The notes beneath the pieces were generated by a model, which saw nothing but the letters and a program-made list of their open reading frames with translations, made no database searches and was not told the DNA's origin. DNA of 20,000 nt from the sequence record SRR31156797_5074; one strand, 5' to 3'. The position numbers and the translations under genes were made by a program. Every line of letters starts with the position of its first letter. Positions within the stretch are counted from its first letter, which is position 1. Shown here in pieces: positions 1 through 9,079 of the stretch.

Positions 1-2
1 TG

Positions 3-545
3 CTGGGCCGCTCTACGCCTAAGTTGGTTGAAGGTTTTGTTCCGGATCAGCTACCTCTTGGTGTTGTCGTTAAGGTGTTGCAGAATTTACTTAATGAAGC
101 GATTCCGATTCGCGACATCAGAACCATTGTTCAAACTCTTTCTGAATATGCGAGCAAGAGTCAAGAACCTGACATCCTTACTGCGGCTGTTCGCATTTCC
201 TTGAAACGTTTAATTGTTCAGGAAATCAATGGAATAGAACCAGAATTACCAGTAATCACCCTAATTCCTGAGCTGGAACAAATATTGCATCAAACTATGC
301 AAGCTTCAGGTGGTGAGTCTGCGGGGATTGAACCGGGGCTAGCAGAGAGATTGCAAATGGCTTTAAGTCAGGCGACCCAAGAACAAGAGTTAAAAGGTGA
401 GCCAGCAGTACTGCTTACCTCTGGTGTGCTTCGTTCGACACTGGCTAAGTTTGTGAAAAATACCATTCCAAACTTACGCGTACTGTCGTATCAAGAGATA
501 CCTGACGAAAAACAAATTCGCATAGTGCAGGCTGTAGGTAACTAA
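3..545 (+). CDS. flhA: Flagellar export gate protein FlhA, C-terminal cytoplasmic domain (5'-truncated by the window edge)
   Basis: The frame is open from position 3 (LGRSTPKLVEGFVPDQL...). It has typical FlhA C-terminal sequence (KVLQNLLNEAIPIRDIRTI, VLSYQEIP) and lies directly upstream of flhF. Confidence 0.96.
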   Translation: MGRSTPKLVEGFVPDQLPLGVVVKVLQNLLNEAIPIRDIRTIVQTLSEYASKSQEPDILTAAVRISLKRLIVQEINGIEPELPVITLIPELEQILHQTMQASGGESAGIEPGLAERLQMALSQATQEQELKGEPAVLLTSGVLRSTLAKFVKNTIPNLRVLSYQEIPDEKQIRIVQAVGN

Positions 546-593
546 TTAAGTCATTAGATAACTCGCGGCCATCGTTAAAAACGGATATCAGCT

Positions 594-2066
594 TTGAAAA
601 TAAAACGATTTTTTGCAAAAGACATGAAAACAGCACTGCTCCAGGTTAAGGAAGAGCTTGGTGCTGATGCCGTGATCATGTCGAATAAAAAAGTCGCAGG
701 TGGTGTCGAAATTGTGGCGGCTGTTGATGGAGAGCCATCAGCTCAAGCAGCGCAGCCAAAATTGGAGCAGTCGTACAACTCTCAGCCAAGACACACCCAA
801 GTTTCCCAATCTTTGGCGAAACAGCCCAATCGACGCGAATTAGAAGAAGATCGTGTGAGTTTGCAAGCGAGCGCAGCGGAAGGTCGCTCAATGACTCAAC
901 GTTTCGCCAACATGCTTAAGCAGTACAGTAATGGTGCTATGCCTGAAGAGGAAACGCATCGCTCTGAAAATGAGGATTCACTCTCGGCACTGCTAAAACG
1001 TCAAAATGAAAGTACTCAGAGCCGTCAGTCAAAGCTAACCAAATGGGCTGAGGAAGAAGAGCAGAATTACAATCAACGCAAACAGCGCTTAGACCCTACT
1101 CGCTACGAGCGAGACCGCCCCCGTCCTGACGAAGCCAAGCTTTCTGCGCAAGATCTCGACAATATGCGTGAAGAGATGACCTCCATTCGACGTCTGCTTG
1201 AACATCAAGTTTCGGGTTTAATGTGGCAAGAGGTTGAGCGTCGTGAGCCGCTTCGTGCGATGTTGATTCGACGATTAGAACGGATGGGTGTATCGCTCGA
1301 TCTTGCTGACCAATTAGCTTGCTATATTCCAGAAGATACGCCACCGCAGAAAGCGTGGAAAGCCTTGTTAGGCTTGGTTTCCGATCAGATACCTGTAGTA
1401 AAACAAGATATCTTAAAACGTGGTGGTGTTGTTGCTTTGTTAGGCCCGACAGGTGTGGGGAAAACCACAACGGTTGCTAAGTTGGCCGCTCGAGCTGCGA
1501 TGGAGTTTGGTTCCGATAATGTCGCGTTGGTGACCACAGATACTTACCGTATTGGTGCACACGAGCAACTTTCCATTTATGGAAGAATTATGGGTTGTCC
1601 TGTAAGAGTCGCTAAAGATTCCAATGAGTTAGCCGATGTAATATATCAATTACGAGATCGCCGGCTAGTTTTGGTTGATACAGCAGGTATGGGACAACGC
1701 GATGTGCGTCTTTCTGAACAGTTAGACACACTGATGCAAGAAAGTGGTGAAGTGATTCATAGCTACCTTGTGCTACCAGCAACAGCACAAAGAAAGGTTC
1801 TACAAGAAACCATTGAACATTTTCGAAGAATACCTCTGTCTGGGTGCATCATGACTAAACTCGACGAATGTTTAAGTCTCGGAGAGTTTGTCAGCGTTGT
1901 GGTTCAAAATTCCTTGCCCGTTGCGTACATCGCAAACGGACAGCGAGTACCAGAAGATATAGTGCTTGCTCAGCCTAAGTATATGGTGGCGAAAGCAAAC
2001 GAATTACTAGAGAAGTCGACAGAAAATGAACCTCACTATTGGAATAGTGACTCAGAGAGATTCTAG
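594..2066 (+). CDS. flhF: SRP-family GTPase FlhF (polar flagellum placement)
   Basis: N-terminus MKIKRFFAKDMKTAL; GTPase motifs GPTGVGKTTT, DTYRIGA, DTAG, TKLDE and GQRVPED. TTG start at 594. Confidence 0.97.
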   Translation: MKIKRFFAKDMKTALLQVKEELGADAVIMSNKKVAGGVEIVAAVDGEPSAQAAQPKLEQSYNSQPRHTQVSQSLAKQPNRRELEEDRVSLQASAAEGRSMTQRFANMLKQYSNGAMPEEETHRSENEDSLSALLKRQNESTQSRQSKLTKWAEEEEQNYNQRKQRLDPTRYERDRPRPDEAKLSAQDLDNMREEMTSIRRLLEHQVSGLMWQEVERREPLRAMLIRRLERMGVSLDLADQLACYIPEDTPPQKAWKALLGLVSDQIPVVKQDILKRGGVVALLGPTGVGKTTTVAKLAARAAMEFGSDNVALVTTDTYRIGAHEQLSIYGRIMGCPVRVAKDSNELADVIYQLRDRRLVLVDTAGMGQRDVRLSEQLDTLMQESGEVIHSYLVLPATAQRKVLQETIEHFRRIPLSGCIMTKLDECLSLGEFVSVVVQNSLPVAYIANGQRVPEDIVLAQPKYMVAKANELLEKSTENEPHYWNSDSERF

Positions 2067-2079
2067 GCGGCGTACAGAT

Positions 2080-2967
2080 ATGACGAATAAAATGATATAT
2101 GACCAAGCAAGCGGCTTACGTCGCTTATCTCAACCATCACTGACCAAAGTTATTACCGTGACTGGCGGTAAAGGTGGTGTGGGGAAATCGAATGTGACCC
2201 TAGGCATGGCTATCTGTATGGCTCGTGAGGGTAAAAAAGTCATGGTTCTGGATGCAGACCTAGGACTGGCGAATATTGATGTCATGCTCGGTATTCGGCC
2301 TAAGTACAATCTCGGTCACGTTCTTGCTGGTGAGTGTGAGCTGAAAGATGCCATTGTTGAAGGTCCGTATGGTATTAAAATAATTCCGGCGACGTCGGGT
2401 ACTCAATCCATGACAGAACTGTCACATGCGCAGCATGTGGGGCTAATTAGAGCCTTTGGTTCTCTCGAAGAGGAGATGGATGTACTATTAGTTGATACGG
2501 CCGCCGGTATTTCTGATATGGTTGTCAGCTTTGCTCGTGCAGCACAAGATGTGGTTGTGGTTGTGTGTGATGAACCACCATCCATCACAGATGCATATGC
2601 GTTGATCAAACTTTTAAGCAGAGAACACCAAGTTCGACGATTTAAGATTGTTGCAAACATGGTGAGAAGCTATCGTGAAGGTAGAGAATTGTTCGCCAAG
2701 TTGACATTAGTCACAGAAAGGTTCTTAAATGTGAGCCTAGAACTCGTCGCATGTATCCCTCTGGATGATAATGTTCGTCAGGCAGTGAAGAGACAAAAGA
2801 TAGTGGTCGACGCTTTTCCTCGCTCTCCCGCTTCTTTAGCGATCAGTTCTTTGGCTAACAAGGCAACAACTTGGCCTATACCGAAAACACCGAGTGGTCA
2901 TCTTGAATTTTTTGTAGAGCGACTGCTTAATCGATCAGAAACAGTAGGGGAACCTTTTGGTGAATAA
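2080..2967 (+). CDS. flhG: MinD-like ATPase FlhG/FleN (flagellar number regulator)
   Basis: N-terminal DQASGLR activator motif, deviant Walker A GKGGVGKSN, DADLGLAN, and a C-terminal amphipathic FFVERLL helix. ATG 2080 (295 aa) is preferred to 2026, which overlaps flhF by 41 nt. Confidence 0.95.
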   Translation: MTNKMIYDQASGLRRLSQPSLTKVITVTGGKGGVGKSNVTLGMAICMAREGKKVMVLDADLGLANIDVMLGIRPKYNLGHVLAGECELKDAIVEGPYGIKIIPATSGTQSMTELSHAQHVGLIRAFGSLEEEMDVLLVDTAAGISDMVVSFARAAQDVVVVVCDEPPSITDAYALIKLLSREHQVRRFKIVANMVRSYREGRELFAKLTLVTERFLNVSLELVACIPLDDNVRQAVKRQKIVVDAFPRSPASLAISSLANKATTWPIPKTPSGHLEFFVERLLNRSETVGEPFGE

Positions 2968-3694
2968 AGCGCTTACTTACAATCAATATGGAACCTTAAA
3001 CAGCCAACAGGCGTTTTTGGAGCAATATTCTGTATTGGTTAAGCGTATTGCTCATCACTTGATTGGTCGATTACCGCCCAATGTTTTGATCGACGACTTA
3101 ATCCAAGCAGGAATGATTGGTCTGCTGGAAGCTCAGAAGAATTATGATGGGAGTAAAGGCGCGAGCTTTGAAACCTATGCAGGAATTCGAATTCGTGGAG
3201 CGATGCTCGACGATATTCGACGTGGTGACTGGGTACCACGCTCGGTTCATAGACATAACCGAGAAATTAGCCAGGCGATCTCGGAGTTAGAAGGAAAGCT
3301 AAATCGAGATCCAACCGATGCTGAGGTAGCGAAACACTTAGACATGTCGTTAAGCCAATATCATACAGTACTGAGTGATATAAACTGTTCACGTATTGTT
3401 GGCATTGAAGATCTAGGAGTTTCGGATGATGCGATTTCACCTTTAGGTGATGAAGAAGATAACTCTCCATTCCAAGGTGTGGCTGATGAATCTTTTCGTA
3501 AAGCATTGGTTGAGTCAATAAAATCACTTCCGGAGCGTGAAGCCTTAGTACTTTCGCTCTATTATGATGAAGAGTTAAACTTAAAAGAAATTGGTGAAGT
3601 CATTGGTGTGAGTGAATCCCGAGTGAGCCAAATACTAAGCCAATCTATGCAACGTCTAAGAACAAAGTTAAGTTCTTGGACACAAAATGACTAA
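2960..3694 (+). CDS. fliA: Flagellar sigma factor sigma28
   Basis: DLIQAGMIGLL, FETYAGIRIRGAMLDDIR, and region 4 LNLKEIGEVIGVSESRVSQI. GTG at 2960 overlaps the flhG stop (GTGAATAA); TTG at 2957 is the alternative start. Confidence 0.97.
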   Translation: MNKALTYNQYGTLNSQQAFLEQYSVLVKRIAHHLIGRLPPNVLIDDLIQAGMIGLLEAQKNYDGSKGASFETYAGIRIRGAMLDDIRRGDWVPRSVHRHNREISQAISELEGKLNRDPTDAEVAKHLDMSLSQYHTVLSDINCSRIVGIEDLGVSDDAISPLGDEEDNSPFQGVADESFRKALVESIKSLPEREALVLSLYYDEELNLKEIGEVIGVSESRVSQILSQSMQRLRTKLSSWTQND

Positions 3695-3727
3695 AAATCA
3701 CTGATTGCGAACTCAGTGGAGGCAATT

Positions 3728-4108
3728 TTGAATAAAAACATGAAGATCCTTATTGTTGATGACTTTTCAACAATGCGCCGTATTGTAAAGAATCTACTTC
3801 GTGATTTGGGCTTCAATAATACGCAAGAAGCAGACGATGGCCTGACAGCATTGCCAATGCTTAAGAAAGGTGAATTTGATTTCGTTGTAACTGATTGGAA
3901 TATGCCTGGGATGCAGGGTATCGATCTGTTGAAACATATTCGTTCAGATGCTGAGTTAAAGCATCTTCCTGTTTTGATGATTACAGCAGAAGCAAAACGC
4001 GAGCAGATTATCGAAGCTGCTCAGGCGGGTGTTAATGGTTACATTGTTAAACCATTTACTGCCGCAACACTAAAAGAAAAATTAGAAAAAATATTCGAAC
4101 GTCTATAA
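3728..4108 (+). CDS. cheY: Chemotaxis response regulator CheY (motor-binding, CheY3-type)
   Basis: [13 protein letters not shown], phospho-acceptor in TDWNMP, MITAEA, YIVKPF. GGAGG at 3718-3722 favours a TTG start at 3728; the ORF track uses GTG at 3716. Confidence 0.96.
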   Translation: MNKNMKILIVDDFSTMRRIVKNLLRDLGFNNTQEADDGLTALPMLKKGEFDFVVTDWNMPGMQGIDLLKHIRSDAELKHLPVLMITAEAKREQIIEAAQAGVNGYIVKPFTAATLKEKLEKIFERL

Positions 4109-4164
4109 ACACTTTTGCTTAGGACAAAGGTGCTCTATTCATCACGCGTGTAAGGCTAATCAGA

Positions 4165-4893
4165 ATGATTTCATTAGAACAAGCCAAGGAACTCGTTGAA
4201 CTGCTAGAGAATGGATTGCAAGACGAAGCGAATCTATTTCTAAAGCGAATATATGAGTCAGAACGTAACCCAATGTTTAAAGAAATTGGGGAGCTCACTC
4301 GAGATCTTCATGATTCACTGAAACATTTTCAGGTCGATGACCGTATTACTGAAATCGCGAAAGACGAAATACCTGATGCAAGAAACAGGTTGAATTACGT
4401 CATCGAAAAAACAGAAGTTGCTGCAAACAAAACTATGGATGCTGTCGACCGCTGTATGCCGATTGCTGATAGTTTGCACGAAACTCTACTGCTCGTTCGT
4501 CCAAAGTGGAACGAACTTATGCGTGGTCAAATTGAGTTAAGTGAATTTAAGGCATTATGCCATCGTGTCGATGGATTGCTGTCTCAGGTTGAAGGGGATA
4601 GCAGTGAACTGCGCGGTCAATTAACAGAAATATTGATGGCTCAAGATTTCCAAGATTTGACTGGTCAAATTATTCGTCGCGTTATCTCTTTGGTTAACGA
4701 AGTTGAACAGCGTCTGGTCGATATTTTGACGGCTTTTGGCACAGAACAAACACAACAAACAGAACAACAAACAACTAGCGATAAGCAATCATCGTCTAGC
4801 GCTGAAGGGCCAATATTGAACCCTCATGAGCGCGAAGATGCTGTCGCATCTCAAGACGAAGTCGATGACCTATTATCGAGTCTTGGTTTTTAG
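4165..4893 (+). CDS. cheZ: CheY-P phosphatase CheZ
   Basis: Catalytic motif AQDFQDLTGQII and C-terminal CheY-binding peptide ASQDEVDDLLSSLGF. Confidence 0.97.
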   Translation: MISLEQAKELVELLENGLQDEANLFLKRIYESERNPMFKEIGELTRDLHDSLKHFQVDDRITEIAKDEIPDARNRLNYVIEKTEVAANKTMDAVDRCMPIADSLHETLLLVRPKWNELMRGQIELSEFKALCHRVDGLLSQVEGDSSELRGQLTEILMAQDFQDLTGQIIRRVISLVNEVEQRLVDILTAFGTEQTQQTEQQTTSDKQSSSSAEGPILNPHEREDAVASQDEVDDLLSSLGF

Positions 4894-4902
4894 AGGTAAC
4901 GT

Positions 4903-7140
4903 ATGAGCTACGATTTAGACGAAGACATTCTTCAAGACTTTTTGGTTGAAGCAGGTGAAATCCTAGAATTACTCTCTGAGCAATTGGTTGAGTTGGAAAC
5001 TGACCCTGAAAATAAAGACCTACTTAACGCGATATTCCGTGGTTTCCATACTGTAAAAGGGGGAGCTGGTTTCCTTTCTTTGACGGAACTTGTTGAAACT
5101 TGTCACGGCGCAGAAAACGTATTCGATATTTTACGCAATGGTCAACGTTCAGTTTCAGCGAGCTTGATGGATACGATGCTACGTTCACTTGATACGGTTA
5201 ACGAGCAGTTTAAAGCTGTTCAAAATGGCGAACCTGTCCAAGCCGCCGATCCCAACCTGCTAGAAGAACTCCACCGTCTATGTAAGCCAGAATCAGAAGA
5301 TGAAGTGGTCGAGCAGCCAGTAGCTGTAGAACCTGTCATCGAAGAGCCTGTGGTAGAAGTGCCGCCAACGCCAGTTCAAGCTGAAGAAACTAAGCTGTCG
5401 GCAGACTCCATTGACGAAATTACCCAAGACGAATTTGAAAAACTACTGGATGAACTGCATGGTAAGGGCAAAAGCCCGGGTACAGAAGCTAATTCGACGT
5501 CTTCTGCAGCAGCATCTCAGCCCGCCACTGATAGCGCGGACTTGAGCGGTGATATCACCGATGATGAATTTGAAAAGCTACTCGACGAGCTACATGGCAA
5601 AGGTAAGAGCCCGACAGCCACAAACAACGTTGAAGTGAGTGCTCCAAAACAACCTGAAGCACCAGCCCCTAAAGCTCCAACACCTCCAAGCGCAAGCGGC
5701 GAAGAAGGTGACTTGATGACCGATGAAGAGTTTGAAAAGTTACTTGATGAATTGCATGGTTCAGGCAAAGGCCCATCTATTGAAGAGCTTGAGATGGCGA
5801 CGCGTCCCGCTGAAGTGAATGTTCAGCCTGAACCGATTGAGAAACCGGCTCAACCTGCTGCTGATGTTGCTAAACCGCAAGCGGCCGCGCCAGTTAAAGC
5901 CGATGTTCCGGCAGCCAAAGAGCCTGCTGAAAAAAGAGATGTTGCAGTCAAAAAGCCTCAGGCTGAAGCAACGGTTCGTGTCGATACTTCTACCTTAGAT
6001 ACCATCATGAATATGGTGGGTGAGCTTGTTTTAGTCCGAAACCGTCTGGTGAGTTTAGGTTTAAACAGCAACGACGAAGAGATGTCTAAAGCGGTTTCTA
6101 ACCTGGATGTTGTCACGGCTGATTTGCAAGGCGCAGTTATGAAGACGCGCATGCAGCCAATCAAGAAAGTATTCGGTCGTTTCCCACGCGTGGTTCGTGA
6201 TTTAGCACGCAGTCTGAACAAAGACATCGTGTTGGAAATGCGCGGCGAAGAAACCGATTTAGACAAAAACTTGGTTGAAGCGCTTGCTGACCCATTGATT
6301 CACTTAGTTCGTAACTCTGTCGATCATGGTATTGAGATGCCAGCCGATCGCGAACAGAATGGTAAATCACGTACAGGTAAAGTCATACTTTCAGCCTCTC
6401 AAGAGGGTGACCATATCGAACTGGCCATCGTCGATGATGGTGCTGGTATGGATCCGCAAAAATTGCGCGGTATTGCGGTTAAGCGTGGCATGATGGACGA
6501 AGATGCTGCTTCTCGTTTAACCGACAAAGAGTGTTTTAATCTTATCTTCATGCCGGGATTCTCTAGTAAAGAGAAAATTTCTGACATCTCAGGCCGTGGC
6601 GTAGGTATGGACGTTGTAAAAACAGCGATAACCACACTGAACGGTTCCATAGATATCGATTCAGAAATGGGTAAAGGCACCAAGATAACGATCAAAGTGC
6701 CATTAACTCTGGCTATTCTTCCGACCCTAATGGTTGGCGTAGGTGGCTATCCGTTTGCTTTACCTCTAGCGAGCGTGAATGAAATTTTCCACTTAGATTT
6801 GAGCCGCACCAACATTGTTGATGGTCAATTAACCATCATTGTTCGTGATAAATCTATCCCACTGTTCTACTTGCAGAATTGGTTAACACCTCAAGCGGGT
6901 TACGTAGAAGCTCGTAGTGGTCATGGCCATGTCGTGATTGTTCAGCTAGGTAACCAACGTGTTGGTTTTGTCGTGGATACATTAATTGGTCAAGAAGAAG
7001 TGGTTATTAAGCCGCTGGATAAATTACTGCAAGGTACTCCAGGTATGGCTGGTGCGACGATCACCAGTGATGGCCACATTGCTCTAATCCTTGATGTTCC
7101 CGACCTTCTTAAGCGTTACGCGTCGGCGTCAAGAGTCTGA
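4903..7140 (+). CDS. cheA: Chemotaxis histidine kinase CheA
   Basis: P1 IFRGFHTVKGGAG (phospho-His), P3 VRVDTSTLDTIMNMVGELV, P4 HLVRNSVDHG/DDGAG/GFSS/SGRGVGMDVV, and P5 PLTLAI...ILDV. RBS GAGG is upstream. Confidence 0.98.
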   Translation: MSYDLDEDILQDFLVEAGEILELLSEQLVELETDPENKDLLNAIFRGFHTVKGGAGFLSLTELVETCHGAENVFDILRNGQRSVSASLMDTMLRSLDTVNEQFKAVQNGEPVQAADPNLLEELHRLCKPESEDEVVEQPVAVEPVIEEPVVEVPPTPVQAEETKLSADSIDEITQDEFEKLLDELHGKGKSPGTEANSTSSAAASQPATDSADLSGDITDDEFEKLLDELHGKGKSPTATNNVEVSAPKQPEAPAPKAPTPPSASGEEGDLMTDEEFEKLLDELHGSGKGPSIEELEMATRPAEVNVQPEPIEKPAQPAADVAKPQAAAPVKADVPAAKEPAEKRDVAVKKPQAEATVRVDTSTLDTIMNMVGELVLVRNRLVSLGLNSNDEEMSKAVSNLDVVTADLQGAVMKTRMQPIKKVFGRFPRVVRDLARSLNKDIVLEMRGEETDLDKNLVEALADPLIHLVRNSVDHGIEMPADREQNGKSRTGKVILSASQEGDHIELAIVDDGAGMDPQKLRGIAVKRGMMDEDAASRLTDKECFNLIFMPGFSSKEKISDISGRGVGMDVVKTAITTLNGSIDIDSEMGKGTKITIKVPLTLAILPTLMVGVGGYPFALPLASVNEIFHLDLSRTNIVDGQLTIIVRDKSIPLFYLQNWLTPQAGYVEARSGHGHVVIVQLGNQRVGFVVDTLIGQEEVVIKPLDKLLQGTPGMAGATITSDGHIALILDVPDLLKRYASASRV
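5419..5775 (+). repeat. Three 20-codon intragenic repeats in cheA (5419-5478, 5554-5613, 5716-5775)
   Basis: They translate to ITQDEFEKLLDELHGKGKSP, ITDDEFEKLLDELHGKGKSP and MTDEEFEKLLDELHGSGKGP. Synonymous positions differ between copies. Confidence 0.95.
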
Positions 7141-7165
7141 TTAGAGTCAATATTTAAGGAACACT

Positions 7166-8293
7166 ATGGCGATTAAAGTATTAGTTGTTGATGATTCAAG
7201 TTTTTTCAGACGTAGAGTGAGTGAAATCATCAACTCTGAAGCACGTCTTGAAGTCATCGATGTGGCAACTAACGGTAAAGAGGCGGTTGAAAAAGCTCAG
7301 CGCCTCAAGCCAGATGTTATTACAATGGACATCGAAATGCCTGTAATGGACGGTATCACAGCCGTTCGTGAAATTATGGCGACGAACCCCACTCCTATCC
7401 TGATGTTTTCATCGTTAACTCAGGAAGGGGCAAAAGCGACTCTGGATGCGTTAGATGCTGGTGCGTTAGATTTCTTACCTAAGAAATTTGAAGATATCGC
7501 GCGTAACCGTGATGAAGCGGTAACTTTACTGCAACAACGTGTGATTCAGATTGCGGCTAAAAAGAGTTTCATGCGCAGACCGCTAGCGACAAGACCTGCA
7601 ACAGCAACGCCTTCTCCTGCGGCTAGCCCTTTGAATCGCTTTCAGGCTAGAACGCCTGCACCTGCTGCGCCTTCAAGGCCTGCATCTTCTGTTGCACGCT
7701 TTAAAGCGTCGGGCAAAAACTACCAGTTAACGGCAATTGGCACCTCAACGGGTGGGCCAGTTGCATTGCAAAAAATTCTAACCAAGCTCCCAGCAAATTA
7801 TCCGCATCCGATTGTGTTAGTTCAGCATATGCCAGCAACTTTTACCGCTGCATTTGCCAGTCGTTTAAATTCACTGTGCAAAATTCAGGTAAAAGAAGCG
7901 GAAGACGGAGATGTGTTGCGTCCGGGTGTCGCTTATTTAGCTCCGGGTGGTAAACAGATGATGCTTGAAGGACGTTCAGGTTCAGCCAAGTTACGTATTT
8001 TAGACGGCGGCGAACGCATGAACTACAAACCTTGCGTAGATGTTACTTTTGGCTCTGCTGCGAAGGTGTATAACGACAAAGTGTTATCAATGATATTAAC
8101 AGGGATGGGCGCTGACGGTAGAGAAGGCTCACGCATGTTGAAATCAGCGGGTTCAACGATTTGGGCTCAGGATGAAGAAAGCTGCGTGGTTTACGGTATG
8201 CCACAAGCGGTAGCAAAAGCGGGTATCTCTTCGGAAGATCTACCTTTAGACCGCATAGCAGAGCGTATGCTCGTTGAAGTCGGTCTTTCATAA
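7166..8293 (+). CDS. cheB: Chemotaxis response regulator protein-glutamate methylesterase CheB
   Basis: Receiver domain (VVDDS, TMDIEMP, FLPK), Pro/Ala linker, and catalytic motifs [12 protein letters not shown] and TGMGADG. Confidence 0.97.
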   Translation: MAIKVLVVDDSSFFRRRVSEIINSEARLEVIDVATNGKEAVEKAQRLKPDVITMDIEMPVMDGITAVREIMATNPTPILMFSSLTQEGAKATLDALDAGALDFLPKKFEDIARNRDEAVTLLQQRVIQIAAKKSFMRRPLATRPATATPSPAASPLNRFQARTPAPAAPSRPASSVARFKASGKNYQLTAIGTSTGGPVALQKILTKLPANYPHPIVLVQHMPATFTAAFASRLNSLCKIQVKEAEDGDVLRPGVAYLAPGGKQMMLEGRSGSAKLRILDGGERMNYKPCVDVTFGSAAKVYNDKVLSMILTGMGADGREGSRMLKSAGSTIWAQDEESCVVYGMPQAVAKAGISSEDLPLDRIAERMLVEVGLS

Positions 8294-8302
8294 GGAAATT
8301 TA

Positions 8303-9079
8303 ATGATTGTTTGGAGCGTTGCAAACCAAAAAGGTGGCGTAGGTAAGACCACAACAACCGTTACGCTGGCCGGTTTACTGAGTAAACAAGGCAAGCGCGT
8401 GTTGCTGGTGGATACCGATCCCCATGCATCGTTAACGACTTATTTAGGGTATGACTCAGATGCCGTACCTTCGAGTTTATTCGACCTTTTTCAACTAAAA
8501 GAATTCAACGAAGCCAATGTTGCGCCGTTGATTTTGAAAAGTGAAGTAGAAGGCATCGATCTTATCCCTGCTCATATGTCTCTGGCTACATTAGACCGAG
8601 TGATGGGAAACCGAAGTGGCATGGGATTAATACTCAAACGAGCATTGATGGCTTTGCGCCAGCGTTATGACTATGTGTTAATTGATTGCCCGCCTATTCT
8701 TGGCGTCATGATGGTCAACGCATTGGCGGCCAGTGATCGAATCTTGATTCCTGTGCAAACGGAATTCCTTGCGATGAAAGGCCTTGAGCGAATGGTTCGT
8801 ACGTTAGCCATTATGCAAAAGTCGCGCAGTCGCGAGTTTAAAGTGACGATTGTACCGACCATGTACGATAAACGTACACGCGCATCGTTACAGACGTTAA
8901 CTCAACTGAAAAAAGATTACCCAGATCAAGTGTGGTCGTCAGCGGTTCCCATTGATACTAAGTTCCGGGATGCAAGCTTGAAACGTTTACCCGCGTCTCA
9001 CTTTGCCGAAGGAAGCCGGGGCGTGTTTGCTTATAAACAACTGTTATTGTATTTAGAGAGGCTTGCTATTAATGAGTAG
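8303..9079 (+). CDS. parC: ParA-like ATPase ParC (polar positioning of chemotaxis arrays; not topoisomerase IV ParC)
   Basis: [20 protein letters not shown] and IDCPPILG motifs. Its position between cheB and a CheW-like gene matches the Vibrio parC-parP pair. Confidence 0.9.
   Translation: MIVWSVANQKGGVGKTTTTVTLAGLLSKQGKRVLLVDTDPHASLTTYLGYDSDAVPSSLFDLFQLKEFNEANVAPLILKSEVEGIDLIPAHMSLATLDRVMGNRSGMGLILKRALMALRQRYDYVLIDCPPILGVMMVNALAASDRILIPVQTEFLAMKGLERMVRTLAIMQKSRSREFKVTIVPTMYDKRTRASLQTLTQLKKDYPDQVWSSAVPIDTKFRDASLKRLPASHFAEGSRGVFAYKQLLLYLERLAINE

Noticed and set aside
2026..2079. Longer ORF-track starts for flhG (2026), and likewise parP (9063), ccmD (13372) and mlaA (18396)
   Set aside because: Downstream ATGs fit RBS position, translational coupling and family N-termini better.
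5419..5775. Regularly spaced repeats considered as a CRISPR-like array
   Set aside because: The similarity is at protein level with synonymous divergence, in frame within cheA, with unequal spacing (135 and 162 nt) and no cas genes.
8303..9079. ParA as a sign of a plasmid, prophage or island
   Set aside because: There is no parB, integrase or att-like site. The gene is embedded in the conserved che operon as parC.
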